64,000 nucleotides of DNA from Beijerinckiaceae bacterium (GCA_965277735.1 CBDIDO010000003.1:624250-688249); one strand, 5' to 3'. Positions 1 through 8,794 are shown, numbered from the stretch's first letter. Translations and numbers: made by a program. Notes: generated by a model not told the origin, from the sequence alone.

Positions 1-243
1 CGGTTCCTGGCCGGCTCGTCGGCGACCTATCCGGACTTACCCCGCTATTATTTCCCATCGACGACGGAAGCCGCGCTCCGTGCCTTCGAGGTCGAGGCGA
101 AGCGAGACCCGGCGACCGAGATGGCCTTTCCGCTGAAGGCACGGCCCACCAGCGCGCGCCGCTGGCACCGTTCGTTCGCCGTCGGCCTCCTGCGCAACTG
201 GCTGCGCGAACTGCGCACCGCGCGAGTCGACCGTGTCGCGTAA
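1..243 (+). CDS. C-terminal end of a CDS that starts upstream of the window; function unknown
   Basis: Own translation: frame 1 is open from base 1 to TAA at 241-243, with GC-rich third positions (...YPDLPRYYFPSTTEAALRAFEVEAKRD...LRNWLRELRTARVDRVA*). It is absent from the ORF track because it has no in-window start. Confidence 0.4.
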   Translation, partial: RFLAGSSATYPDLPRYYFPSTTEAALRAFEVEAKRDPATEMAFPLKARPTSARRWHRSFAVGLLRNWLRELRTARVDRVA

Positions 244-244
244 G

Positions 245-1219
245 TCAGCCGAGAACCTCGGCGATGTCGCGGGCGATCGCGTCGAGCGCGACCTGGGCGG
301 CGGGAACGACACCGTTGAGTGCGTAGAAATGGTGCATGAGCGCCGCGTGCTCGCGGTGGCGGACGTCGACCCCGGCGTCGACGAGTCGCCGCGCGTAGGC
401 GGCGCCCTCGTCGACGAGGGGGTCGAAGCTCGCGGTGTGCAGAACCGTCGTCGGCAGCCCGGCGAGATCGCCGGCGCGGAGGGGGGAAATGCGTCGGTCT
501 TCCAGCGGACGCTGCGGCGCATAATGGACGAGATCCGCAGCGAGAGTCGCGGAATCGAGCAGGAAGCCGTCGGCGAAGCGCCGGCGCGAGGGCCTCTCGG
601 CGGCAAAGTCGAGGGCGGGGCAGAGCAGGACCTGCGCGCGCAGGCGCTTCTGCAGGCCTTGGCTCACGATCGCCGCCAGCGTGCCGCCCCCGGAATCGCC
701 GCCGACCGCGACACGCCGCGGGTCGAGCCCGAAGCTCGCGGCGTGGCGCAGGACGAAGCGCGTCGCGACGAGCGCGTCGACGACCGCCGCGGGAAACGGG
801 TGCTCCGGCGCCAGCCGGTAGTCGATCGCGACGACCTGGCACCGCGCGCCATGGGCGAGCGTCCGGCACAAGGCGTCGTGGGTGTCCAAACCGCCGGCGA
901 CGAGGCCGCCGCCGTGAAAGTACACAAGCCCGGCGCTCGGACGATCGAGCCCGCCGGGCGTGTAGCACCGGAGCGGGATCGTTCGCTTTCCGATCGCGAT
1001 GACGCTATCCTCGCTCGCGACGGCAGCGGCAGCGGGCGGCTTCGAAAACTGCATCAGCTTCGCGAATCCGCGACGCCGCTCGTCGATGCCGAGGGCGCTC
1101 CCGCGGCCGCCCAGCGCGACCATGGCGAGAAAGCGCCGCGCCTGCGGGTCCAACGCCGAAAGGTCCGCCTCTCCCAAAGAATCCTCCTGCCAGAGAAGCC
1201 GAGCAAATGACCGACGCAC
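245..1219 (-). CDS. alpha/beta hydrolase, hormone-sensitive-lipase-type esterase/lipase
   Basis: 324-aa ORF with the oxyanion motif VYFHGGGLVAG, the nucleophile elbow GGDSGGG and distal D/H (FDPLVDEG, HHF). The GTG start overlaps the divergent neighbour by 13 nt, so the exact start is uncertain. Confidence 0.85.
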   Translation of the reverse strand: MRRSFARLLWQEDSLGEADLSALDPQARRFLAMVALGGRGSALGIDERRRGFAKLMQFSKPPAAAAVASEDSVIAIGKRTIPLRCYTPGGLDRPSAGLVYFHGGGLVAGGLDTHDALCRTLAHGARCQVVAIDYRLAPEHPFPAAVVDALVATRFVLRHAASFGLDPRRVAVGGDSGGGTLAAIVSQGLQKRLRAQVLLCPALDFAAERPSRRRFADGFLLDSATLAADLVHYAPQRPLEDRRISPLRAGDLAGLPTTVLHTASFDPLVDEGAAYARRLVDAGVDVRHREHAALMHHFYALNGVVPAAQVALDAIARDIAEVLG

Positions 1220-2127
1220 CGGACGCGCTTGGGATCGATACCTGGACCTATTTCGAGGGCCGTTGGCAAGCCGGCAACGCGCCGATCATGGGGCCGCGCA
1301 CGCATGCCGTGTGGCTCGGCTCGACCGTGTTCGACGGCGCCCGCACCTTCGGCGGCACGGCGCCCGACCTCGACCTGCATTGCGCCCGCATCAACACGTC
1401 GGCGGAGGCGTTCCTGCTGACACCGGTCGTGCCGGTCGCCGACTGGATCAAGCTCGCGCACGAGGGCATCGCCCGCTTCGAGCCCGGCGCCGAGCTCTAC
1501 ATCCGCCCGATGTACTGGCCGGAAGATGGCGCGGCCGGCGGCGGTGTGCGCTTCGACCCCGGCTCGACGCGCTGGTGCATGTGCGTCTACCGCGCCCCGA
1601 TGCCGGAGCCCGCGGGCTTTGCGATCACGCTGTCGCCGTTCCGTCGTCCGTCGATCGAATGCGCGCCCGTCGATGCCAAGGCCGGTTGCCTCTATCCGAA
1701 CGGTGCGCGCGCGCTCATCGAGGCGTACCGGCGCGGCTTCGGCAATTGCTTGATGCTCGATCTCCTCGGCAACGTCGCCGAGCTGGCCAACTCGAACATC
1801 TTCATGGCCAGGGGCGGCATCGTCTACACGCCCGTGCCGAACGGCACGTTCCTCGACGGCATCACGCGCCGCCGCGTGATCGGGCTGCTCGAGGCCGACG
1901 GCGTCGAGGTGCGCCAGGCGACGCTGCGCCATGCCGATTTCCTCGGCGCCGACGAGATCTTCGCGACCGGCAATTTCGCGAAAGTGGTGCCGATCACGCG
2001 CATCGAGGCGCGCGAGCTGCCGATCGGTCCGCTCTATCGGCGCGCCCGTGCGCTCTACTGGGACTTCGCGGCGCGCGGTGCCAAGGTCGCGCCCGAGCTC
2101 AGCCGAGTTCCGGCGCCAGCTCTTTGA
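1207..2127 (+). CDS. branched-chain amino acid aminotransferase (PLP fold type IV)
   Basis: 306-aa ORF. The N-terminus TWTYFEGRWQAGNAPIMGPRTHAVWLGSTVFDGARTF is typical of the Rhizobiales class IV aminotransferase family. Third-position GC is high. Confidence 0.85.
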   Translation: MTDAPDALGIDTWTYFEGRWQAGNAPIMGPRTHAVWLGSTVFDGARTFGGTAPDLDLHCARINTSAEAFLLTPVVPVADWIKLAHEGIARFEPGAELYIRPMYWPEDGAAGGGVRFDPGSTRWCMCVYRAPMPEPAGFAITLSPFRRPSIECAPVDAKAGCLYPNGARALIEAYRRGFGNCLMLDLLGNVAELANSNIFMARGGIVYTPVPNGTFLDGITRRRVIGLLEADGVEVRQATLRHADFLGADEIFATGNFAKVVPITRIEARELPIGPLYRRARALYWDFAARGAKVAPELSRVPAPAL

Positions 2128-2329
2128 TCTCTGCGATCGGCGAGCGGCCCCAGAGCGCCTTCATCACCTCGTAGAGCGAGGCGTCGACGGTCAGCTCGTG
2201 GCTGCGGTCGAAGATGATCTTGCAGCCGCCGGACGCCTGCGTCTCGACGGCGCGGACGAGGGCGGGGTTCACCGCGGCCATCTGGTTGCCGTGGCGGGGA
2301 AAGATCGGAACGTGCGGCAGATCGGACAT
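2099..2329 (-). CDS. small hypothetical protein (76 aa)
   Basis: C-terminal part of track ORF 2099..3271. An ATG at 2329 is preceded by GGAAGAGG. Coding-like codon bias. The 3' end overlaps the convergent aminotransferase by 29 nt. No family recognised. Confidence 0.5.
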   Translation of the reverse strand: MSDLPHVPIFPRHGNQMAAVNPALVRAVETQASGGCKIIFDRSHELTVDASLYEVMKALWGRSPIAEIKELAPELG

Positions 2330-2463
2330 CGCCTCTTCCGGGTTTTGGGGGATGGCCTGCTGGTAAAGGCTCAACCTCAAAGGACCCTGAAGACGGTCGA
2401 TCCAATCCGACCGATTGGCCGAAGGCAGATTACCGCCAGACCATTGAGGCTGACGCGCAGGTT

Positions 2464-2599
2464 CTGTCTTTCCGGGGCGAGCGAAGCGAGAGCCCGGAAT
2501 CCATGACCACCATGAGTCCGGATCAAAACGCAGCGGCCTCGTTCGGAGTCGGCATTGTCCTGGATTCCGGGCTCGCCTTTGGCGCCCCGGAAAGACAGG
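2464..2599. repeat. palindromic REP/MITE-like intergenic element, type 2 (arms CTGTCTTTCCGGGGCG...CCCGGAATCCA)
   Basis: About 40-nt inverted arms: CTGTCTTTCCGGGGCGAGCGAAGCGAGAGCCCGGAATCCA ... TGGATTCCGGGCTCGCCTTTGGCGCCCCGGAAAGACAG. A related copy lies at 55023..55142. Confidence 0.7.
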
Positions 2600-2610
2600 C
2601 ATCGGCTTAA

Positions 2611-4284
2611 TCAGCCTCGCGCCGCCAGCGCCTTCGCCCTGATTCCGCTCAAGGTCGCGCCTGGCAAGATCGCATCGGGGTCGATCTTCAGGTGCAGGAT
2701 CGATGGCAGGCCGGAGGCGCGGGCGTCGGCGAAGGCGTCGGCGAACTGCTCCGTTCTCTCCACCGTGACGCCGAACCCGCCGAAGGCGCGGGCATAGGCG
2801 GCGAAGTCGGGATTGCGGAGCTGCGTTGCCGAGATGCGCGTCGGGTATTCGCGCTCCTGGTGCATGCGGATCGTACCGTATTGCCCGTTGTCGGCGACGA
2901 GGACGATGATCGGCAGGTCGTACTGCACGGCCGTGGCGAACTCCTGGCCGTTCATCAGGAAATCGCCGTCGCCGGTGAGGCAGACGACGGGAACGTCGGG
3001 CTCCAAACGCTGCATGGCGACCGCGGCCGGCACGCCGTAGCCCATCGAGCCGGACATCGGCGCGGCATGGCCGGCAAACCGGCGCACCCGGAAGAAACGG
3101 CCGATCCAGGCCGCGAAATTGCCGGCGCCGCTTGTCAGGATCGCCTCGCGCGGCAGATGTTCGCGCAGCCACACCATGATCTCGCCGAGGTTGACGCCGC
3201 CGGGCTGCGGCGTCGCGATATCGGACCAGGCGCGGTACGCGGCGTGCGCGGCTTCGGCGCTGCCGGTCCACGCCGGCAGCGCGGCCGGGCTGAGCGCGTC
3301 CAGCGCGCCGGCGAGGCCGATCGGCGACGCGCAGATCGCGAGGTCGGCGGCATAGACCCGGCCGAGCTCGCCCGGCTCGGGGTAGATGTGGACGAGCTTT
3401 GTCTTCGGCGTGGGGATGTCGAGAAGCGTGTAGCCCTGCGAGGGGATATCGCCGAGCCGGCCGCCCATCGCGATGACGAGATCGGCGGCCTCGATGCGGG
3501 CCAGCAGCTTGGGATTCGAGCCGATGCCGAGGTCGCCGGCATGGTTCTTATGCAAGGGATCGAACAAAGGCAGCCGGCGGAAGCTGGTGACGACGGGCAA
3601 TTCGAAGCGTTCGGCGAAGCGGGTGGCGGCGGCGCAGCTCTCCGGCGTCCAGCGGCCGCCGCCGAGGATCAGGATGGGCGCCTTGGCGGCGGCGAGCAGG
3701 TCGGCGAAACGCGCCATGTCGGCCGGCAGCGGTGCCATTTCCGTCGGCTCGACGCGCGGGGCGTCGGCGACAGCGACGCGCTCGGTCAGCATGTCTTCCG
3801 GCAGCGCAAGGACGACCGGCCCAGGCCTGCCGTTCATCGCGACGTGGAACGCGCGGGACACGACCTCGGGGATGCGCGCGGCCTCGTCGATCTCGTCCGA
3901 ATACTTGGTCAGCGGGCCGAAGACGGCGCGGTAGTCCAGCTCCTGGAAGGCCTCGCGGCCCCGCGCGCCGCGCTCGATCTGGCCGACGAACATGATCACC
4001 GGCGCGGAGCCCTGCTGGGCGATGTGAATGCCGTGCATGGCGTTGGTGGCGCCGGGCCCGCGCGTGACGAAGCAGACGCCGGGCCGCCCCGTCGCCTTGC
4101 CGATCGCCTCGGCCATGATCGCGCAGCCGGCTTCCTGGCGGCACACGGTCACTTTGATCGGCCGGTCGTGCAGCGCGTCGAGGACGGCGAGGTAGGACTC
4201 TCCGGGCACGCAGAAGATGTGCTCGACGCCTTGCGCGACGAGCTGATCGACGAGCACCTCGGCGGCCGTGCGGGAAGCGGTCAT
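2611..4284 (-). CDS. thiamine pyrophosphate-dependent enzyme (acetolactate synthase large-subunit-like)
   Basis: 557-aa ORF. N-terminal TPP-Pyr domain (AAEVLVDQLVAQGVEHIFCVPGESYL) and C-terminal TPP-binding motif (GDGDFLMNGQEFATAV). It starts 42 nt downstream of the ligase gene on the same strand. Confidence 0.85.
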   Translation of the reverse strand: MTASRTAAEVLVDQLVAQGVEHIFCVPGESYLAVLDALHDRPIKVTVCRQEAGCAIMAEAIGKATGRPGVCFVTRGPGATNAMHGIHIAQQGSAPVIMFVGQIERGARGREAFQELDYRAVFGPLTKYSDEIDEAARIPEVVSRAFHVAMNGRPGPVVLALPEDMLTERVAVADAPRVEPTEMAPLPADMARFADLLAAAKAPILILGGGRWTPESCAAATRFAERFELPVVTSFRRLPLFDPLHKNHAGDLGIGSNPKLLARIEAADLVIAMGGRLGDIPSQGYTLLDIPTPKTKLVHIYPEPGELGRVYAADLAICASPIGLAGALDALSPAALPAWTGSAEAAHAAYRAWSDIATPQPGGVNLGEIMVWLREHLPREAILTSGAGNFAAWIGRFFRVRRFAGHAAPMSGSMGYGVPAAVAMQRLEPDVPVVCLTGDGDFLMNGQEFATAVQYDLPIIVLVADNGQYGTIRMHQEREYPTRISATQLRNPDFAAYARAFGGFGVTVERTEQFADAFADARASGLPSILHLKIDPDAILPGATLSGIRAKALAARG

Positions 4285-4326
4285 GGCGCTGTTCCTATCC
4301 CTTCTCTCCCTGCGGGAGAAGGTAGA

Positions 4327-5244
4327 TCAAGCCATCCCCAGCGCATCCCGCGCCGACGCGGGCCAGCGCGCGGTCTCGAGGCCGTGTATCCAGAACAGCG
4401 CGACGGCGAGTCGGTCCATGCCGAAGGCGACGCAGGCGGTGTGCGCCGGCGCGCCGGCCTCGTCGAGGAGGTCCCAGGTCAGGCCGAAATGATCGCGGTG
4501 GTAGTTGAAGCTCATGCAGGCCGTCGGCTTCTCTTCCGAGTGCAGCGGCACGAGCAGCTCGAACTTCAGCGCCTGCTGGATCTGCGCCACCGCCATCATC
4601 TGGCCGACGCGGCCGAAGAACGGATCGGATGCCTGATCGATCTTGCAGGGCAGGGCGAGGGTCTGCGCCATGGCGGTCGCGCGCTCGAGCCAGCGGGCGC
4701 GGAACCCGGCGACATGCGCCTCCGAGCCGATGCAGACGTATTCGCGCATGCGGAAGGACTGTAGCCGGTCGAGGTCTTTCGACGGCTCGCGGCGGAAGCA
4801 GTCGCTGGCGACGTCGAAGAGCAGTCCCGTGTCCGGCACCGGGCCGCGCGCGGCGGCGATCGGGTAGACGGGGTAGCAGGCGGCGGGCGACAGCACGAGC
4901 TCGGTCGCCTTCAGCGAGTCGACCCAGCCGAAGTTGGGACGGGAGGCGGCGGCGTTGATCTCCGATTCCGAGCCGTGCAGCGCGCAGGCGCAGCCGATCA
5001 GGTTCGGAAAGCTCTTCAGATAGCCGTGGCGCTCGAGGTCGCGGCGGCTCATCACGGGCGGAAAGCGGAACACCTCGGTGCCGGTCTCGCGGTGGCTGGT
5101 GATCAGCGCGCCGAGGCGCTCGATCACGTCTTCGTAAAGTGCGGTTCGGGCGTAGACGCCGTCGGCGCCCATCGGGCGGAACAGCGCCTCGCGCAGCGCC
5201 GTCTGGCGATCGCGGGCGGTGGTGGCGAGCATTTCGTGCGTCAA
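4327..5244 (-). CDS. amino acid--[acyl-carrier-protein] ligase (truncated atypical seryl-tRNA synthetase homologue)
   Basis: 305-aa ORF with a class II aaRS core only: motif 2 FRREPS and motif 3 GMDRLAVALF. Cys/Glu/Cys sit at the zinc-site positions (SPAACYPVY, FRREPS, HTACVAFG). There is no tRNA-binding arm. From memory it is near-colinear with Bll0957/Atu2573-type aa:CP ligases. Confidence 0.8.
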   Translation of the reverse strand: MTHEMLATTARDRQTALREALFRPMGADGVYARTALYEDVIERLGALITSHRETGTEVFRFPPVMSRRDLERHGYLKSFPNLIGCACALHGSESEINAAASRPNFGWVDSLKATELVLSPAACYPVYPIAAARGPVPDTGLLFDVASDCFRREPSKDLDRLQSFRMREYVCIGSEAHVAGFRARWLERATAMAQTLALPCKIDQASDPFFGRVGQMMAVAQIQQALKFELLVPLHSEEKPTACMSFNYHRDHFGLTWDLLDEAGAPAHTACVAFGMDRLAVALFWIHGLETARWPASARDALGMA

Positions 5245-5458
5245 GGCGAGCTCCCTGAGGGCGGGACCACGATCGTGCCGCTATGGCCGGCGGCTCTGCG
5301 CCATGTCCTACACCCGGCACGCGAGAGATGCAGTCCGATCGGTCTTTAGGATTAATGCGCGGCGTGTTGCTCACCCGTTTGCGGGGGACGCGCTGGCAAT
5401 CGCGGCGGCTCCGCCTATTTGGTCTGCAATCCCACCTCCGCATCGGATCGGATCGAGC

Positions 5459-6439
5459 ATGCAATATCGTCGGCTGGGCCGCAACGGTCTCGAAGTCTCG
5501 CGCATCTGCCTCGGCTGCATGAGCTACGGCGTCCCGGACCAGGGCACGCACGAATGGACGTTGCCGGAGGCCGAGAGCCGGCCCTTCATCAAGAAGGCGC
5601 TCGAGCTCGGCATCAACTTTTTCGACACCGCCAACGTCTATTCCGCCGGCACCAGCGAGGAGATCGTCGGGCGCGCGTTGAAGGAGTTCGCCAAGCGCGA
5701 CGAGATCGTGCTGGCGACCAAGGTGCATGGCCGCATGCGCCCCGGCGCCAACGGCGGTGGCCTGTCGCGCAAGGCGATCCTCGCCGAGATCGACAATTCG
5801 CTGCGCCGCCTCGGCACCGATTACGTCGATCTCTACCAGATCCATCGGTGGGACTATGACGTCCCGATCGAGGAGACGCTGGAGGCGCTGACCGACGTGG
5901 TTCGGGCCGGCAAGGCCCGCTACATCGGCGCCTCCTCGATGTTCGCATGGCAGTTCGCCAAGGCGCTGCACACGTCCGACACGCACGGTTTCGCGCGCTT
6001 CGTCTCGATGCAGGATTACGTGAACCTGCTCTACCGCGAGGAGGAGCGCGAAATGCTGCCGCTCTGCCGCGACCAGGGCATCGGCGTGATCCCGTGGAGC
6101 CCGCTCGCGCGTGGCCGCCTGACGCGCGACTGGAGCGAGGAGACGTCTCGTTTGTCGACCGACGAGTTCGGCAAGACGCTCTATGCCAAGACCGCCGAGG
6201 CCGACAAGCGCATCGTCGACAAGGTCGGCGAGATCGCCAAGGCGCGCGGCATCCCGCGTGCGCAGGTTGCGCTGGCGTGGGTGCTGGGCAAGTCCGAGGT
6301 GACGGCGCCGATCGTCGGCGCCACCAAGGCGCACCATCTCGACGATGCGGTGGCCGCGATCGAGGTGAAGCTCGATCCGGCCGAGGTCGAGGCGCTCGAG
6401 TCGCTCTACGTCCCCCACGCGACGACCGGCTTCAACTGA
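5459..6439 (+). CDS. aldo/keto reductase
   Basis: The start MQYRRLGRNGLEVSRICLGCMSYG is the typical AKR N-terminus; 326 aa from the ATG at 5459, inside track ORF 5219..6439. Confidence 0.9.
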   Translation: MQYRRLGRNGLEVSRICLGCMSYGVPDQGTHEWTLPEAESRPFIKKALELGINFFDTANVYSAGTSEEIVGRALKEFAKRDEIVLATKVHGRMRPGANGGGLSRKAILAEIDNSLRRLGTDYVDLYQIHRWDYDVPIEETLEALTDVVRAGKARYIGASSMFAWQFAKALHTSDTHGFARFVSMQDYVNLLYREEEREMLPLCRDQGIGVIPWSPLARGRLTRDWSEETSRLSTDEFGKTLYAKTAEADKRIVDKVGEIAKARGIPRAQVALAWVLGKSEVTAPIVGATKAHHLDDAVAAIEVKLDPAEVEALESLYVPHATTGFN

Positions 6440-6449
6440 GGAGATCATC

Positions 6450-7133
6450 GTGGCCAAGACCGTCCTGATCGTCGGCGCCTCGCGTGGCCTCGGCCTCGGC
6501 CTCGTGCGCGAATATCTCGACGAGGGCTGGGACGTCATCGCCACCCCCTCGCGCGGGTCGGATGGCGCGCTGCGCGAATTCGCGGCGAGCGCGGGCAGCC
6601 GGCTACGGCTCGAGACGCTCGAGGTCACCGACGCGGCCGGCCTCGCCGCCCTGAAGCGGTCACTCGCCGGCACGACGCTCGACGTGCTCTTTGTCTCCGC
6701 CGGCGTGATGGGCGAGCGCGACGGGCCTGCGGCCGACACCGAGCCGGAAGAGTTCGCACGCGTCCTCGTGACGAACGCGCTCGCACCATTGAAGATCATC
6801 GAGGCGTTGGCCGACCGCGTCCCGCGCAACGGCGTGATCGTCGCGATGACCTCGACGCTCGGCAGCGTCGCCGGCAACACAAGCGGGGGCACCGAGGTCT
6901 ATCGTGCCAGCAAGGCGGCGCTGAACACGCTGCTGCGCAGCTACGCCTCGCGGCATCCGCAGCGCGCCATCGTCGCGATGCATCCGGGTTGGGTGCGCAC
7001 CGACATGGGCGGCGCGAATGCCGCCGTTTCCGTCGAGGACAGCGCGCGGGGCATGGTGGTGGCGATCGCGGCTCGCGCCGGCCAAGCTGGCTGTCTCTTC
7101 ATCGACTATCACGGGCAGACCATCCCCTGGTGA
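6450..7133 (+). CDS. SDR family oxidoreductase
   Basis: 227 aa. Contains VLIVGASRGLGLG (cofactor-binding Gly motif) and YRASKAAL (YxxxK). The GTG start is preceded by GAGGAG. Confidence 0.85.
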   Translation: MAKTVLIVGASRGLGLGLVREYLDEGWDVIATPSRGSDGALREFAASAGSRLRLETLEVTDAAGLAALKRSLAGTTLDVLFVSAGVMGERDGPAADTEPEEFARVLVTNALAPLKIIEALADRVPRNGVIVAMTSTLGSVAGNTSGGTEVYRASKAALNTLLRSYASRHPQRAIVAMHPGWVRTDMGGANAAVSVEDSARGMVVAIAARAGQAGCLFIDYHGQTIPW

Positions 7134-7194
7134 GCGGGCTTTCGGCCGAAGCAGGGATGGCTTAGGTTCCCCGGCAGAGAGACGCGGAGGTCCC

Positions 7195-7773
7195 ATGAGC
7201 CGTTTCACGATGATCGTCGCGCTGACGGGCGCCCTCCTGGCGGGCGCCGCGACCGCAATGGCGCAGACGGCGCCGGCCGGCCAGTTCGGGCAGCGGACCA
7301 GCGGCGGCAGCTACGTGCCGTCGACGAACGATCCGGGCTGTGCCGGCCTCCTATGCAGCCCGCTGCCGTCGTCCAATCCAGGGGGCGGCCCCGCGCGGAA
7401 TCCATCCGAGGTCGCGCCGCCGCCGGCGTGCCAGGGGCTGCTCTGCAGCATGACGCCCTACAGCATGCAGCGGCCCTATACGGCGGCCGAGGCCGCCGAG
7501 GTCGAGCGCCAGCGCGCGGCCGCGCAGGCCCAGATCGCCGCCGCTCCGCCGCCGGAGGCCGCGGCCCCGGTGCGGCACGTGCGCAAACGCCGCAAGGTGG
7601 CGAGAGCCGCCCCCGCGAAGGCGGCGGCCGCGAAAGCCGCCCCAGTGAAAGTCGCCCCAGTGAAAGCCGCGGCTGCGAAAGCTGCCCCGGTCGCCGCGCC
7701 TCGTACCGTTGCGCCAGTCGCGGCCGCGCCTCGTACCGCTGCGCCGGTGGACGACGTCCAATCGCTCAGGTGA
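7195..7773 (+). CDS. secreted Ala/Pro/Lys-rich repeat protein with duplicated C-x-GLLCS motif
   Basis: GGAGG lies 3 nt upstream of the ATG at 7195. Signal peptide MSRFTMIVALTGALLAGAATAMAQ. Motifs CAGLLCS and CQGLLCS. C-terminal KAAP/PRTxAPV tandem repeats. No family recognised. Confidence 0.6.
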   Translation: MSRFTMIVALTGALLAGAATAMAQTAPAGQFGQRTSGGSYVPSTNDPGCAGLLCSPLPSSNPGGGPARNPSEVAPPPACQGLLCSMTPYSMQRPYTAAEAAEVERQRAAAQAQIAAAPPPEAAAPVRHVRKRRKVARAAPAKAAAAKAAPVKVAPVKAAAAKAAPVAAPRTVAPVAAAPRTAAPVDDVQSLR

Positions 7774-8794
7774 GCGCGCTTCGATAGGCGAACAGGCTTG
7801 GCGTGCCGCCGGTCATTATGAAGAGCACCGACGCGCCGTCGGCGTAGGCGCCGGCGCGGATGTCGTGCAGCAGGCCGGCGAAGGCCTTGCCGCTGTATAC
7901 GGGATCGAGCAGCAGGCCTTCGCTCCGCGCCATCAGCTCGAGGGCCGCGCGCATGCCGTCGGTCGGGATGCCGTAGCCCTTGCCGCGGTGCGCGCCGTCC
8001 ATCACGATCATCTCGGGCGAAATCGCGAGCGCGGGGTCGATCAAGGCGGCCGTGGCCTGCGCCTTCTCCAGCACCTCGGCACGCGCCGCCGCGAGCGGCG
8101 CCAGCACCGTGTAGGATTTGACGAGCTTGGGGTCGCTGCCCATCGCCGCGAAGCCGGCGACGAGGCCGGCCTGCGTGCCGTTGCTGCCGCCGGCGACGAC
8201 GATCTGCGCGAACGACACCGCGTGGTGGTCCGATTGCAGCGCGATCTCGGACGCGCAGCCGACGTAGCCGAGGCAGCCGACGGGGCTCGACCCACCCGAA
8301 GGCGCGACATAGGCGCGCCGTCCCTCGGCCCGCAACGCGGCGACGCGCTTTAGCGCCAAGGCCTCGGCGTCGTCGCGGGTTGGCACGTCGTGGATGCGCG
8401 CGCCGAACAGCCTGTCGAGCAGCACGTTGCCGTTCTGATCGTAGTCGGGGTCATCGTTGCGCGGCACGACGCGCGACAGGATCAGCTCGCAGGCGAGCCC
8501 TGCTTTGGCGGCCGCCGCGGCCGTCTGCCGTGCGTGGTTCGACTGGCGGCCGCCGAAGGTGATCATCGTGTCGGCGCCCTGCGAGATCGCGTCGCCGATC
8601 AGGAATTCCAGCTTGCGCAGCTTGTTGCCGCCGCCGCCGAGCGGGATCAGGTCGTCGCGCTTGACGAAGATGCGCACCCGCCGGCCCGCTTCGGCGAGCT
8701 TGCGGTTGATGTTGTCGAGCGGCTGGATCGGCGTCGCCTCGGCATCGAGGAAGGTGAAGCGCGGGAAGCGCGACAGGTCGATCTCGCGGGTCAT
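7766..8794 (-). CDS. D-cysteine desulfhydrase / ACC deaminase family PLP enzyme
   Basis: 342 aa. The motif FVKRDDLIPLGGGGNKLRKLEFLIGDA (PLP lysine motif) is typical of this family. Confidence 0.85.
   Translation of the reverse strand: MTREIDLSRFPRFTFLDAEATPIQPLDNINRKLAEAGRRVRIFVKRDDLIPLGGGGNKLRKLEFLIGDAISQGADTMITFGGRQSNHARQTAAAAAKAGLACELILSRVVPRNDDPDYDQNGNVLLDRLFGARIHDVPTRDDAEALALKRVAALRAEGRRAYVAPSGGSSPVGCLGYVGCASEIALQSDHHAVSFAQIVVAGGSNGTQAGLVAGFAAMGSDPKLVKSYTVLAPLAAARAEVLEKAQATAALIDPALAISPEMIVMDGAHRGKGYGIPTDGMRAALELMARSEGLLLDPVYSGKAFAGLLHDIRAGAYADGASVLFIMTGGTPSLFAYRSALT

Noticed and set aside
1207-1219. 13-nt overlap of the divergent esterase and aminotransferase 5' ends, considered as a shared regulatory arrangement
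   Set aside because: Most likely the esterase uses a downstream, non-annotated start (the listed start is a GTG with no clear RBS). There is insufficient evidence for a real head-to-head coding overlap.
2099-2329. The 76-aa ORF as the missing carrier protein for the aa:CP ligase
   Set aside because: It has no (D/G)SL-type phosphopantetheine attachment motif in a helix-II context (only VDASLYEV). The N-terminal half does not look like a four-helix ACP/PCP. It is separated from the operon by a REP element. I kept it as hypothetical.
2692-4764. 690-aa plus-strand ORF overlapping the TPP enzyme and ligase genes
   Set aside because: It is antisense to two ORFs with clear family motifs. The translation is Arg/Gly/Ala/Asp-rich with no recognisable domain. 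This is a typical shadow ORF of a high-GC genome.
4295-6892. 865-aa minus-strand ORF spanning the ligase, aldo/keto reductase and SDR loci
   Set aside because: It crosses three independently well-supported genes on both strands. Its composition (Arg/Pro/Ala runs) is non-protein-like. GC-driven open frame.
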